Counted from the first letter of the stretch, positions 50,275 to 61,395 are shown. The stretch is DNA of 64,000 nt from an uncultured Actinomycetota bacterium (GCA_963714455.1 CAVQON010000015.1:340694-404693), one strand, 5' to 3'. The notes: generated from the letters alone by a model not told the origin. A program made the numbers and translations.

Positions 50275-53200
50275 GTGACTGCGCAGGGTTCGGATTCGTC
50301 GCCGGCCAACGACTTCGGGGCGAACGAGTGGCTCGTCGACGAGATGTACGAGCGTTGGCAGAACGACCCGTCGTCGGTGGACCCCGCCTGGAACACGTTC
50401 TTCGCCGACTACCGACCACCCGCCGAGGGCTCGGCGAGCCCGAACGGACCCACCCCGCCCACCACCGGCGCCACCGCGGTGCGCCCCGCGAAGCCGCCTG
50501 CGGCACCCAAGCCCGCCGCAGCCACGCCTGCCCCACCGTCGCCCGCGCCGCTCACGCCGACTCCCCCGCCGGTCTCCACGACGACCGCGGCCACCGCTCT
50601 TGCCCGGACCGCGTCGACGCCGGCCGCCGGCCCGGTGGAGCCGCAGAAGCTGCGCGGACCAGCCGCCCGCGTGGTCACCAACATGGAGGCCTCGCTCGCT
50701 GTCCCGACGGCCACCTCGGTGCGGGCGATCCCGGCCAAGCTGCTCATCGACAACCGGGTCGTCATCAACAACCACCTGCGCCGCTCGCGCGGCGGCAAGG
50801 TGTCGTTCACGCACCTCATCGGCTACGCGATCGTCGCGGCGCTGCGCCAGCTGCCCGAGATGAACGTCGCCTACACCGACGTCGACGGCAAGCCTGCCGT
50901 GCTCCACCAGCCGCAGGTGAACCTCGGCCTGGCCATCGACCTGCAGAAGCCGGACGGCTCCCGGCAGCTCCTCGTGCCGGCGATCAAGCGCGCCGACACG
51001 ATGGACTTCGCCACGTTCTGGGCCTCCTACGAAGACGTGGTGCGCCGCGCCCGTGCCGGCAAGCTCACCGCGGACGACTTCGTGGGCACCACGATCAGCC
51101 TCACCAACCCGGGCACGATCGGGACGGTGCACTCGGTGCCGCGGCTCATGCCGGGCCAGGGTGCGATCGTCGGCGTCGGCGCCATGGAGTACCCGGCCCA
51201 GTACCAGGGCGCCTCGACCGACACGCTGGCGCGGTTGGCTGTGTCGAAGGTGATGACGCTGACCAGCACGTATGACCACCGGGTCATCCAAGGTGCGCAG
51301 TCCGGCGACTTTCTGCGCGTCATCCACGGGCTGCTGCTGGGCGACGACGACTTCTACGACAGCGTCTTCACCTCGCTGCGCATCCCGTACGAACCGGTGC
51401 GGTGGGTGCCCGACATCGCTGTCAGCCACGACGAGGAGATCGGCCGCCAGGCACGCGTCCTCGAGCTGATCCACTCCTACCGGGTGCGCGGGCACCTGAT
51501 GGCCGACACCGACCCGCTGGAGTACTCCCAGCGCAGCCACCCCGACCTCGACGTCACGTCGCACGGGCTGACGCTGTGGGACCTCGACCGCGAGTTCGCC
51601 ACCGGGTCGTTCGGTGGTGACCGACCGTTCCTGAAGCTGCGAGACATCCTCGGCATCCTGCGGGACGCGTACTGCCGCACGATCGGCATCGAGTACATGC
51701 ACATCCAAGACCCCGAGCAGCGGGCCTGGGTGCAGGCACGGGTGGAGAACCGGGCCGACCGCATGCCACGTGAGGACCAGCTGCGCATCTTGCACAAGCT
51801 GAACGAGGCCGAGGCTTTCGAGACGTTCCTGCAGACCAAGTACGTGGGGCAGAAGCGGTTCTCCCTGGAGGGCGGGGAGTCGACGATCCCGCTGCTGGAC
51901 GAGGTGATCAACCAGGCGGCCGAGGCGGGGCTCGTGGAGGCCGCAGTCGGCATGCCGCACCGCGGCCGGCTGAACGTGCTCGCCAACGTCGTCGGCAAGA
52001 GCTACGGGCAGATCTTCCGCGAGTTCGAGGGCAACATCGACCCGCGCACCGTCCAGGGCTCCGGCGACGTCAAGTACCACCTGGGCGCGGACGGCGAGGT
52101 CACGACCGAGTCCGGCGCCACCATCAAGGTGTCGCTCTCGGCCAACCCGTCGCACCTCGAAGCCGTCGACCCGGTGCTCGAGGGCATCGCCCGGGCCAAG
52201 CAGGACGTGCTCGACCGGGGCGAGGAGTTTCCGGTTCTGCCGATCCTGCTGCACGGCGACGCGGCGTTCGCCGGGCAGGGCGTGGTGGCCGAGACGCTCA
52301 ACCTCTCCCAGCTGCGTGGGTACCGCACCGGCGGGACGATCCACGTGATCGTCAACAACCAGGTGGGCTTCACGACCGCTCCGCAGCACTCGCGATCGAG
52401 CGTCTACTCCACCGACGTGGCGCGCATGGTGCAGGCGCCCATCTTCCACGTGAACGGCGACGACCCCGAGGCGTGCGTGCGCGTCGCGCGGCTGGCGTTC
52501 GAGTTCCGACAGGCGTTCAACAAGGACGTCGTCATCGACATGATCTGCTACCGGCGCCGCGGGCACAACGAGGGCGACGACCCCAGCTACACCCAGCCGC
52601 TGATGTACGACCTGATCGAGCAGAAGCGCTCCGTGCGCAAGCTCTACACCGAGGCCCTGATCGGTCGTGGCGACATCACGATCGAGGAGGCCGAGGAGGC
52701 GCTGCGCGACTACCAGGCCCAGCTCGAGCGGGTGTTCGACGAGACGCGCGACACCTCCGGCGACGAGCCCGACTCCTACAGCACCGTCCCGCGCTACCCG
52801 CGCAAGCCGCGGCAGGCCCGCGGCATCACCACAGCCACCACGCCGGACGTGCTGGCCACGATCGCCAAGGCGTACGTCGACGTGCCGGACGGGTTCACCG
52901 TGCACCCCAAGCTGCTGCCCCAGCTCGAGCGACGCTCGCAGGCGATCACGAACGGCGGCATCGACTGGGGCACCGGCGAGATCCTCGCCTTCGGCTCGCT
53001 GCTGATGGAGAACCGTCCGGTTCGCCTGGCCGGCCAGGACAGCCGCCGAGGCACCTTCGCCCAGCGCTTCGCCGTGATCATCGACCGGCACACCGGCGAG
53101 GAGTGGACGCCGCTGCGCCAGCTCGACGACGACCAGGCGCACTTCTACGTCTACGACAGCCTGCTGTCGGAGTACGCCGCGCTCGGCTTCGAGTACGGCT

Positions 53201-54009
53201 ACTCCGTCGCCCGCCCCGAGGCGCTCGTGCTGTGGGAGGCCCAGTTCGGCGACTTCCTCAACGGCGCCCAGACGATCGTCGACGAGTTCATCGTCTCCGG
53301 GGAGTCCAAGTGGGGCCAGCAGTCCGGCGTCGTCCTGCTGCTGCCGCACGGCTTCGAGGGCCAGGGCCCCGACCACTCGTCGGCGCGCATCGAGCGCTTC
53401 TTGACGCTCGCGGCCAACAACGCGTTCAGCGCCGCGCAGCCCACCACCCCGGCCAACTACTTCCACCTGCTGCGCCGGCAAGCCCTGGAGCAGCAGCACC
53501 GCCCGCTGGTGGTGTTCACACCGAAGTCGATGCTGCGCAACAAGCGGGCCACGTCCGCCCCGGGTGACTTCACCAGCGGCACGTTCTCCACCGTCATCGG
53601 CAGCGACACCCAGCGGCCCGAGGACGTCACGACTCTGCTGCTCTGCTCGGGCAAGGTGTACTGGGACCTGGTGGGCGCGCACGAGAAGCTCGACGCCGAC
53701 CAGGCCGGCCGGGTCGCCATCGCCCGCGTCGAGCAGCTGTACCCGATTCCCGTCGCGGAGATCCTGGCTGAGGCTCGGCGCTACGAGAACCTGCGGGAGG
53801 TGCGCTGGGTGCAGGACGAGCCCGCCAACCAGGGCCCGTGGCCCACGATGGCCCTGCACCTGCCCGGCCACCTCGACCGCGTCGGAGACGGCGTGCCGCT
53901 GCGCCGGGTCTCGCGCCCGGAGTCACCTGCGCCGTCCGTCGGCTCGCATGCGATCCACCTGCAGCAGAACCAAGAGCTGATGTCTGAGGCGCTGCGTACC
54001 GGGAGCTGA
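50275..54009 (+). CDS. kgd: multifunctional 2-oxoglutarate decarboxylase/dehydrogenase E1o with fused E2-like acyltransferase domain (Kgd/OdhA type)
   Basis: 1244 aa. N-terminal [15 protein letters not shown], a Pro/Ala-rich linker, an E2 catalytic domain ([17 protein letters not shown]), then a full SucA-type E1o. No lipoyl domain. Confidence 0.95.
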   Translation: MTAQGSDSSPANDFGANEWLVDEMYERWQNDPSSVDPAWNTFFADYRPPAEGSASPNGPTPPTTGATAVRPAKPPAAPKPAAATPAPPSPAPLTPTPPPVSTTTAATALARTASTPAAGPVEPQKLRGPAARVVTNMEASLAVPTATSVRAIPAKLLIDNRVVINNHLRRSRGGKVSFTHLIGYAIVAALRQLPEMNVAYTDVDGKPAVLHQPQVNLGLAIDLQKPDGSRQLLVPAIKRADTMDFATFWASYEDVVRRARAGKLTADDFVGTTISLTNPGTIGTVHSVPRLMPGQGAIVGVGAMEYPAQYQGASTDTLARLAVSKVMTLTSTYDHRVIQGAQSGDFLRVIHGLLLGDDDFYDSVFTSLRIPYEPVRWVPDIAVSHDEEIGRQARVLELIHSYRVRGHLMADTDPLEYSQRSHPDLDVTSHGLTLWDLDREFATGSFGGDRPFLKLRDILGILRDAYCRTIGIEYMHIQDPEQRAWVQARVENRADRMPREDQLRILHKLNEAEAFETFLQTKYVGQKRFSLEGGESTIPLLDEVINQAAEAGLVEAAVGMPHRGRLNVLANVVGKSYGQIFREFEGNIDPRTVQGSGDVKYHLGADGEVTTESGATIKVSLSANPSHLEAVDPVLEGIARAKQDVLDRGEEFPVLPILLHGDAAFAGQGVVAETLNLSQLRGYRTGGTIHVIVNNQVGFTTAPQHSRSSVYSTDVARMVQAPIFHVNGDDPEACVRVARLAFEFRQAFNKDVVIDMICYRRRGHNEGDDPSYTQPLMYDLIEQKRSVRKLYTEALIGRGDITIEEAEEALRDYQAQLERVFDETRDTSGDEPDSYSTVPRYPRKPRQARGITTATTPDVLATIAKAYVDVPDGFTVHPKLLPQLERRSQAITNGGIDWGTGEILAFGSLLMENRPVRLAGQDSRRGTFAQRFAVIIDRHTGEEWTPLRQLDDDQAHFYVYDSLLSEYAALGFEYGYSVARPEALVLWEAQFGDFLNGAQTIVDEFIVSGESKWGQQSGVVLLLPHGFEGQGPDHSSARIERFLTLAANNAFSAAQPTTPANYFHLLRRQALEQQHRPLVVFTPKSMLRNKRATSAPGDFTSGTFSTVIGSDTQRPEDVTTLLLCSGKVYWDLVGAHEKLDADQAGRVAIARVEQLYPIPVAEILAEARRYENLREVRWVQDEPANQGPWPTMALHLPGHLDRVGDGVPLRRVSRPESPAPSVGSHAIHLQQNQELMSEALRTGS

Positions 54010-54013
54010 GCGC

Positions 54014-54205
54014 ATGTACTTCACCGACCGAGGCCTTGACGAGCTCGAGGACGCCCGTGGCGACGAGCAGGTCGTGATCGCCTGGCTCGTGGAGCGCATG
54101 CGTGAGTTCATCGACCTCAACCCCGAGCACGAGGTGGCGATCGACCGGTTGGCCAGCCACCTGGCCCGCCTCGACGACGACGAGGCCGCTGACGACGAGG
54201 AGTGA
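54014..54205 (+). CDS. small acidic protein, function unknown (resembles actinobacterial DUF6104-type proteins)
   Basis: 63 aa, MYFTDRGLDELEDARGDEQV...ARLDDDEAADDEE. Starts 4 nt after the kgd stop. High GC3. Confidence 0.55.
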   Translation: MYFTDRGLDELEDARGDEQVVIAWLVERMREFIDLNPEHEVAIDRLASHLARLDDDEAADDEE

Positions 54206-54228
54206 CCCCGTCCCAGCGGGTCAACGGC

Positions 54229-55194
54229 TCAGCGAGTCAGCACGATCTTGCCGAAGACGTCGCCGGAGGCCATCGTGGCGAACGCATCCGGCGCCTGGTC
54301 CATCGGCATCGTCGAGTCGATCACAGGGCGCACCCCGCGCACCGCGCAGAAGGTCAGCAGCCGCTCCAGCTCGTCACGCGTGCCCATCGTCGAGCCGACC
54401 ACGCGCAGCTGCAAGAAGAACACGCGGCTCAGCTCGGTGTCGGCCAGGTACCCCGACGTCGCGCCGGAGATGACGACGCTCCCGCCGGGACGTACCGAGC
54501 GCAGCGAGTGCTTCCAGGTCGCCTTGCCCACGGTCTCCATCACCCCGTCGACTCGCTCCGGCAGCCGAGCGCCGGACTCGAACGCCTGGTCGGCGCCGAG
54601 GGCGAGAGCCTGGTCGCGCTTGTCGCCGTCGCGGCTCGTCACCCACATGCGGTAGCCGGCCTGCGAGCCGAGCACGATCAGAGCCGTCGAGACTCCCCCG
54701 CCGGCGCCCTGCACGAGCACCGTCGAGCCGGGCGCGAGCTCGGCCTGGGTGAACAGCATGCGGTACGCGGTCAACCACGCCGTCGGCATGCAGGCCGCGT
54801 CGACCAGCGACATGCCCGCAGGCACGGGCACCACGTTGCGGCGCGGGACCGCTACGAGGTCGGCGAACGTGCCCGGATGGCGCTCGGACAGCAGCGAGCG
54901 CTTCGGGTCCAGCGTCTCGTCCCCGCGCCACTGGGGGTCGGAGATGACCGAGTGGACGACCACCTCGGTGCCGTCCTCGAGCTCGCCGGCGGCGTCGCAG
55001 CCCAAGATCATCGGAAGCCGGTCGGCAGGCAGCCCCACCCCGCGCAGCGACCAGAGGTCGTGGTGGTTCAGGCTGGCCGCGCGCACCCGTACCGAGACCC
55101 AGTCCGGAGGCACGTCCGGCTCCGGCTGCTCCCCGACGACCAGCCCCTGCATCGGGTCGTCGGCGTCCTGCGATGCTGCGTACACGGCGAACAT
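54229..55194 (-). CDS. zinc-type alcohol dehydrogenase / quinone oxidoreductase family protein
   Basis: 321 aa MDR-superfamily layout. VLVQGAGGGVSTALI cofactor motif. C-terminal GKIVLT. Confidence 0.8.
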   Translation of the reverse strand: MFAVYAASQDADDPMQGLVVGEQPEPDVPPDWVSVRVRAASLNHHDLWSLRGVGLPADRLPMILGCDAAGELEDGTEVVVHSVISDPQWRGDETLDPKRSLLSERHPGTFADLVAVPRRNVVPVPAGMSLVDAACMPTAWLTAYRMLFTQAELAPGSTVLVQGAGGGVSTALIVLGSQAGYRMWVTSRDGDKRDQALALGADQAFESGARLPERVDGVMETVGKATWKHSLRSVRPGGSVVISGATSGYLADTELSRVFFLQLRVVGSTMGTRDELERLLTFCAVRGVRPVIDSTMPMDQAPDAFATMASGDVFGKIVLTR

Positions 55195-55284
55195 GCGTCC
55201 AACCTAGACCGGGCGCGCACAACGTTCCGCCGGGAATGCGGCAAACGCCACCCTCGGGCACCCGAGTAAGGGGAAGATCAGAGC

Positions 55285-56181
55285 ATGGCGAGAACGCGCG
55301 GATGGATCGTGCTCCCGGCCGTCGTGGCCCTGGCTCTCACCGGGTGCTCCACGGCCGGCGACGACGACGAGGTGGCCGGCATCGTCCCGGAGTCCATCGC
55401 CGAGGTGGGCGCGCTCGTCGTGGCGACCGACCCGACGTTCCCGCCCGCGCAGCTGCGCGCCCCGGTGCAGTTCCAGTCGGTGCAGCAGGGCGAGCTCACC
55501 GGCTTCGAGGTGGACCTGGTGGTGGCGGTCGCCGACGAGCTCGGTCTGGACGTCGAGTGGTTCGACGCCCCGTTCGACCAGGTGCTGCGCAAGGTGCCCG
55601 GTGGCGAGGTCGACCTGGCGGCCTCGTCCATCACCGTGACCCCCGAGCGGTCCGCCGAGGTGGGATTCGTCACCTTCTTCTCCACCGGCACCCAGTGGGC
55701 CGTGCGTGAGCCGAACACCACCGGCGTCACCCCCAACGACGCCTGCGGTGCCCGCGTGGCCGTCCAGACGGGCACGATCCAGGCCGATGACGTCGCCGCC
55801 CGCTCCACGGCGTGCCAGGAGGCCGGCGACGACCCGATCGAGGTCGTGGCCTTCGAGAGGCAGGACGAGGCGACGTCGGCAGTGCTGGCGGGGATCGCCG
55901 ACGCCTTCGTCGCGGACGCACCCGCGGTCCAGTGGGCCGTGTCTCAGTTCAGCGGCACGCAAGCCACCGCGAGCTCCATCACGTCCGACCGGCTCAGCAC
56001 GGTGGGAGCGGCCTACGACCCCGCCCCCTACGGCTGGGCGGTCGCCGACCCCGAGCTCGCCGCGGCGCTGCTGGAGGGGCTCCAGGCCGTGTACGACAGC
56101 GGCGAGTACGACGAGATCCTCGAGTTCTGGGGCGTCTCCGAGGGCGGCGTGGACACCTTCGAGATCGTCGGCGACGTCTGA
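55285..56181 (+). CDS. solute-binding lipoprotein (family 3, amino-acid ABC type), orphan
   Basis: Lipobox LALTGCS after a signal peptide. Type-3 SBP features (DLAASSITVTPER, FVADAPAV). No permease or ATPase gene is adjacent. Confidence 0.75.
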   Translation: MARTRGWIVLPAVVALALTGCSTAGDDDEVAGIVPESIAEVGALVVATDPTFPPAQLRAPVQFQSVQQGELTGFEVDLVVAVADELGLDVEWFDAPFDQVLRKVPGGEVDLAASSITVTPERSAEVGFVTFFSTGTQWAVREPNTTGVTPNDACGARVAVQTGTIQADDVAARSTACQEAGDDPIEVVAFERQDEATSAVLAGIADAFVADAPAVQWAVSQFSGTQATASSITSDRLSTVGAAYDPAPYGWAVADPELAAALLEGLQAVYDSGEYDEILEFWGVSEGGVDTFEIVGDV

Positions 56182-56201
56182 GCGACGCCTTCGGCCTGAG
56201 G

Positions 56202-57401
<1,200 letters not shown>

Positions 57402-57488
57402 CGGGCTCCTCGTGGAGGGTCAGCCGCTCATGGTCGCACAACACCCAAGGAGGGACATCTCGACCCGTGCCCCCTCGCCGCACCAGCC

Positions 57489-57896
57489 TCAGCGGGGTGG
57501 GGCTGTGGCGGTGAGCCGGGCCGGTCGCGGCCAGCCGCGCAGCACGACCACGCCGAGCACGTCGTCGTGCGGGATCGGACCGAGGGTCCACGAGTCGACG
57601 CCGGCGCGGGGGTTGTCGCGCTCGACCCACCACCCGGTCGGCTCCAGGTGCGTCGCCCGCTTCACGGCGACCGTGGCGTCGGGCAGTCGCACCACCACGA
57701 GGCAGCCTGGAGTCACCGGACGTGCCCGGGCCACGAGCAGCAGGTCACCGTCGGTGAGCGTCGGGCGCATGGAGTGGCCCCGCACCCGGGCGACGAACCA
57801 GCCGGTGACACCGGCGGCGGCTCCGGTCTGGCAACCGGCCGGAGGATCGGCTGCCGGCCGGGCACGGCGCAAGCGTCCGCGATAGGCTCGAAGCAT
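57489..57896 (-). CDS. sodX: nickel-type superoxide dismutase maturation protease (S26 family); start uncertain
   Basis: GHSMRPTL catalytic Ser motif and VAVKRA Lys. Divergent from sodN. The first ~28 codons from ATG 57896 have low GC3, so a downstream start is possible. Confidence 0.7.
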   Translation of the reverse strand: MLRAYRGRLRRARPAADPPAGCQTGAAAGVTGWFVARVRGHSMRPTLTDGDLLLVARARPVTPGCLVVVRLPDATVAVKRATHLEPTGWWVERDNPRAGVDSWTLGPIPHDDVLGVVVLRGWPRPARLTATAPPR

Positions 57897-57902
57897 GCTT
57901 CG
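57883..57902. promoter_or_regulatory. TAGGCT -10-like hexamer plus 14-bp perfect palindrome CGAAGCATGCTTCG containing both the sodN and sodX start codons
   Basis: TAGGCT at 57883-57888 ends 6 nt before the A of the sodN ATG (57895). The palindrome at 57889-57902 is exactly self-complementary. Confidence 0.4.
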
Positions 57903-58308
57903 CAGCCTCCTCACCTCAGCCGTTGTCCCTGTCGTCGACGTGCACGCGCATTGTGACCTGCCGTGTGGCGTGTACGACCCCGCCCAGGCCCGTATCGAGG
58001 CGCAGTCGGTCAAGGCATGCATGGAGAAGTACGCCGCCTCCGACGACCCGGTCTTCCGTGCCCGCGCGGTCGAGATCAAGGAGCAGCGCTCCCACATGGT
58101 CAAGGAGCACCTGTGGGTGCTCTGGACCGACTACTTCAAGCCGCCGCACTTCGAGGCGTACCCGCAGCTGCACGACCTGTTCAACGAGGCCACCAAGCTG
58201 GCCGGCGCCGCCGGCACCAAGGGCAGCCTCGACACCGCCGTGGCCGACGACCTGCTGGCGAAGATCGACGCGATCGCCGACATCTTCTGGGAGACCAAGA
58301 AGGCATGA
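57895..58308 (+). CDS. sodN: nickel-containing superoxide dismutase precursor
   Basis: An 18-aa propeptide is followed by the Ni-hook HCDLPCGVYDP (His codon 57949-57951). 137 aa. Confidence 0.95.
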   Translation: MLRSLLTSAVVPVVDVHAHCDLPCGVYDPAQARIEAQSVKACMEKYAASDDPVFRARAVEIKEQRSHMVKEHLWVLWTDYFKPPHFEAYPQLHDLFNEATKLAGAAGTKGSLDTAVADDLLAKIDAIADIFWETKKA

Positions 58309-58784
58309 CCGTCCGGGCGGCCCGTCCTGGTGACGAGGCCGACATCCACCGGATGGTCGTCGAGCTGGCGGAGTACGAGCGCGCCGCCGACGAGGTGGCG
58401 GCGACGCCGGCCGACCTGGCGGCAGCGCTGTTCGCCGACTCCCCGGCCGTCTTCTGCCACGTCGTGGCGGGCGCCGACGGGCTGGACGCGTTCGCCCTCT
58501 GGTACGTGACGTACTCCACGTGGACAGGGCGCCACGGCATCTGGCTGGAAGACCTCTACGTGCGGCCCGCGCACCGTGGTCGAGGCATCGCCCGTGCGCT
58601 GCTCGCCGAGCTTGCCGCAGAGTGTGAGCGTCGCGGGTACCGTCGCCTGGAGTGGTGGGTGCTGGACTGGAACGACCCGGCACTTGCGTTCTACGACTCG
58701 ATTGGGGCCACGCCGATGTCGGAGTGGACGGTGCAGCGCCTGGACGGCCCGGCGCTGCACGCTCTGGGACGGGAGGCGACATGA
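58305..58784 (+). CDS. GNAT family N-acetyltransferase
   Basis: ATGA overlap with the sodN stop. 159 aa. Acetyl-CoA motif RGRGIARALL. Confidence 0.8.
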   Translation: MTVRAARPGDEADIHRMVVELAEYERAADEVAATPADLAAALFADSPAVFCHVVAGADGLDAFALWYVTYSTWTGRHGIWLEDLYVRPAHRGRGIARALLAELAAECERRGYRRLEWWVLDWNDPALAFYDSIGATPMSEWTVQRLDGPALHALGREAT

Positions 58785-59215
58785 CCGAGGTCGCGATGGG
58801 TGTCGGCGACACCGTGCGCCTGGCTGTGCCGGCGAGCACCGCCTACGTCGGGGTGGCGCGCAGCCTTGCGGCCGGGATCGCCACCCGCCTCGACCTCGAC
58901 CTCGACCACGTCGAAGACCTGCGGCTGGCCGTCTCCGAGGCGTGTGCCGTCCTTCTGCCCGACGCGGCCCCCGGTGCCACGCTCGACCTGGTCGTTCAGG
59001 TCGTCGGGGCCGGCCTGGTGGTCGAGATGTCGACGGCCACGTCGGGAGCGCCGGCGCCCGCAGCACCCGACTCCTTCGCGTGGACCGTGCTCAGCGCTCT
59101 TGCCGACGGCGTCGCCGCCGAATGGGTCGACGGGCGAACCCGCATCCGGCTGGAGTTCACGACCGGTGCCGACCCCGTCGTGTCGGACGGGGCACGGGGG
59201 TCGGCCGGCACGTGA
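58781..59215 (+). CDS. usfX: anti-sigma-F factor (UsfX/RsbW type)
   Basis: ATGA overlap with the GNAT stop. VEDLRLAVSEACAVLL and DSFAWTVLSALADGV parallel M. tuberculosis UsfX (DLRLAVDEVC, GSFSWHVLTALADDV). Confidence 0.75.
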   Translation: MTEVAMGVGDTVRLAVPASTAYVGVARSLAAGIATRLDLDLDHVEDLRLAVSEACAVLLPDAAPGATLDLVVQVVGAGLVVEMSTATSGAPAPAAPDSFAWTVLSALADGVAAEWVDGRTRIRLEFTTGADPVVSDGARGSAGT

Positions 59216-60027
59216 CGTCCGGGGACGGCGACCACCCGCAGCAGCCTCTGCGGGAGCGCAGCCGTGCGTTGTTCGACGAGCTCGCCACCCTGGACGAAGG
59301 TGACCCCCGCCGCCATGAGCTGCGAGAGCAGCTGGTCGAGCTGCACGCCGGCCTGGCCCACAGCATCGCGCGCCGCTACAGCCGGCGCGGACAGCCCGAC
59401 GACGACCTGACGCAGGTCGCGATGCTCGGGCTGCTGAAGTCCATCGACCGCTTCGACCCGAGCCGGCCGGTGGAGTTCTCGAGCTTCGCCACCCCCACCA
59501 TCCGCGGCGAGGTACGGCGGCACTTTCGCGATACCGCCTGGGCGGTGCACGTGCCGCGTGGGCTGCGTGAGCTCGCCGTGCAGATCCCACCCGCCGTCGA
59601 GCAGCTCACCACCGAGCTCGGTCGATCCCCCCGGCCAAGCGAGATCGCCGACCACCTGGGCGCCGACCGAAACCGGGTCGTCGAGGCGCTGGAAGCGGCC
59701 GACGCCTTCTCGGCGGTACCGCTCGACGCGACCACGAGGGATGGCCGCCCCACCGCCGAGACCCTGGGCTCGGTGGACGACGCCTTGGAACGCATCGACG
59801 AGCGGCTGGCGCTTCGGCCCCTGATCGAGGCGCTGGACGAGCGCGAGCGCACGATCTTGATGCTGCGGTTCTTCGAGGAGAAGTCCCAGAGCCAGATCGC
59901 GGCGCAGGTGGGGATCTCTCAGATGCACGTGTCGCGTCTGCTGTCGCGCACCCTGGCCCAGCTCAACGAGGGTCTTCAAGCGGCCGAGAGCCCCGCTCAG
60001 CCGCCGCCGAGCCCCGTTCGACCGTAG
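59212..60027 (+). CDS. sigF: RNA polymerase sigma factor, SigF/SigB group
   Basis: GTGA overlap with the anti-sigma stop. Region 2 DDLTQVAMLGLLKSIDRFD...FATPTIRGEVRRHFRD. Region 4.2 SQSQIAAQVGISQMHVSRLL. Confidence 0.85.
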   Translation: MTSGDGDHPQQPLRERSRALFDELATLDEGDPRRHELREQLVELHAGLAHSIARRYSRRGQPDDDLTQVAMLGLLKSIDRFDPSRPVEFSSFATPTIRGEVRRHFRDTAWAVHVPRGLRELAVQIPPAVEQLTTELGRSPRPSEIADHLGADRNRVVEALEAADAFSAVPLDATTRDGRPTAETLGSVDDALERIDERLALRPLIEALDERERTILMLRFFEEKSQSQIAAQVGISQMHVSRLLSRTLAQLNEGLQAAESPAQPPPSPVRP

Positions 60028-60389
60028 GCGTCTCGCCCGGCCTCGCTGACCAGCAGTACGAGCCCCGCCACGGCCAGCCCGCCGAGGGCCACCGCACCGA
60101 CCCAGAACCCCTCGGTGCCCATGCTGGCCGCCAGCGGCAGGCACAGCACCTGCAAGAAGACTGCGGGTCCGTAGACCCAGCGAGCTCCCCGCCACGCGAA
60201 GAACGCCAGCGCCCCGACGACCACGGCGACGAGCAAGAAGTACGTGGACGACCCCCACGCCACCTCGGGCCGCGCGGCGGCCCCGCGGGAGAGCCCGACG
60301 AGCTGCCAGACGGCGACGCCCAGCGTCAGCGCCGTCTGCGCCCCGAGAACCGCCGCCACCTGCCGGTAGCGCTCGACGTCGTCGCCCAC
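59997..60389 (-). CDS. hypothetical membrane protein
   Basis: 130 aa with four hydrophobic segments and high GC3. Its 3' end overlaps the sigF 3' end by 31 nt (convergent). Confidence 0.6.
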   Translation of the reverse strand: MGDDVERYRQVAAVLGAQTALTLGVAVWQLVGLSRGAAARPEVAWGSSTYFLLVAVVVGALAFFAWRGARWVYGPAVFLQVLCLPLAASMGTEGFWVGAVALGGLAVAGLVLLVSEAGRDAYGRTGLGGG

Positions 60390-60433
60390 GTCGCCAGCCT
60401 AGGTCGCCCCGCGGGTCGTTACGCTGCTGCATC

Positions 60434-61357
60434 GTGCGCACCCTGGTCGTGGTCAACCCGAACGCGACATCGACCAGTCGCCGTACGCGCGACGTGCTGC
60501 TCTCCGCGCTCGCCGGCGCCGCCGAAGTCACGATCGCCTCGACCACCCACCGCAACCACGCCGCCGAGCTGGCCGAGGCCGCCCGGCTCGACGGGGTCGA
60601 CGCCGTGGTGGCCTACGGCGGGGACGGGACGATCAACGAGGTGGTCAACGGGCTGCTGAGCGCGGGTCCCGGCCCTGAGGTGCCGATGCTGGGTGTGCTG
60701 CCGGGCGGAAGCGCCAACGTCTTCGCGCGCAACCTCGGTCTGCCGCGCGCCTCGTTGGAGGCGGCCGGGCGCCTGATCCGGGCGCTGCAGCCCCCGGTGC
60801 GCACCCGCCGCGTCGGGCTCGGTCAGGCCGACGAGCGCTGGTTCACGTTCAACAGCGGCCTGGGGTTCGACGCCGACACCGTCCACGCCGTGGAGAACGC
60901 TCGGCACCGCGGCAAGCGGGCCACACCCGGGCTCTACGTGCGCTCAGCGGTGCGCACCTACTTCAAGCAGGAGCGACGCACCCCGCTCATCTCCGGTGAG
61001 CTGCCCGGCGGCGAGCACCTGCCCGAGCTGTTCCTCGCGCTGGTCACGAACAGCTCACCCTGGACGTACATGGGTGCCATGAGCATCCTCACCGCGCCGC
61101 GGTCGTCGTTCGACGCTGGGCTCGACCTGGTCGGGGCCACCTCGTTCGGCCTGCTCAGCACGCTCAAGCACGCCACCGAGATCGTCGTCGGCCGCCAGGG
61201 CCCCCGGGGACACGACATCGTGCACCGTCACGACCTGCCGTGGATCACCCTGCACGCGCAGCGGCCGATGCCCATCCAGGTGGACGGGGACTACCTCGGC
61301 GAGACCACGCGCATGCACTGCCGGGCCGTCCCGGACGCCCTGCGCGTGCTGGTGTGA
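60434..61357 (+). CDS. diacylglycerol kinase-family lipid kinase
   Basis: LVVVNPNATS...AVVAYGGDGTINEVVNGL (DAGK catalytic motif). 307 aa. Confidence 0.8.
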   Translation: MRTLVVVNPNATSTSRRTRDVLLSALAGAAEVTIASTTHRNHAAELAEAARLDGVDAVVAYGGDGTINEVVNGLLSAGPGPEVPMLGVLPGGSANVFARNLGLPRASLEAAGRLIRALQPPVRTRRVGLGQADERWFTFNSGLGFDADTVHAVENARHRGKRATPGLYVRSAVRTYFKQERRTPLISGELPGGEHLPELFLALVTNSSPWTYMGAMSILTAPRSSFDAGLDLVGATSFGLLSTLKHATEIVVGRQGPRGHDIVHRHDLPWITLHAQRPMPIQVDGDYLGETTRMHCRAVPDALRVLV

Positions 61358-61395
61358 GCGTGGTGTAGGCGACTTCTGGCGCTTGGAGTGCCATT

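Noticed and set aside
50017-53871. 1284-aa ORF antisense to kgd
   Set aside because: It exactly mirrors a strongly supported gene. Its translation is Arg/Gly/Ala/Val-rich with no recognisable domain. Long stop-free antisense frames are an expected by-product of very high GC3 on the coding strand.
54581-54596. Partial actinobacterial SOS-box-like sequences (TCGAAC-N4-...), also near 48478 and 36762
   Set aside because: In each case the second half-site deviates at three or more of six positions from GTTCGA, and most copies lie inside coding regions.
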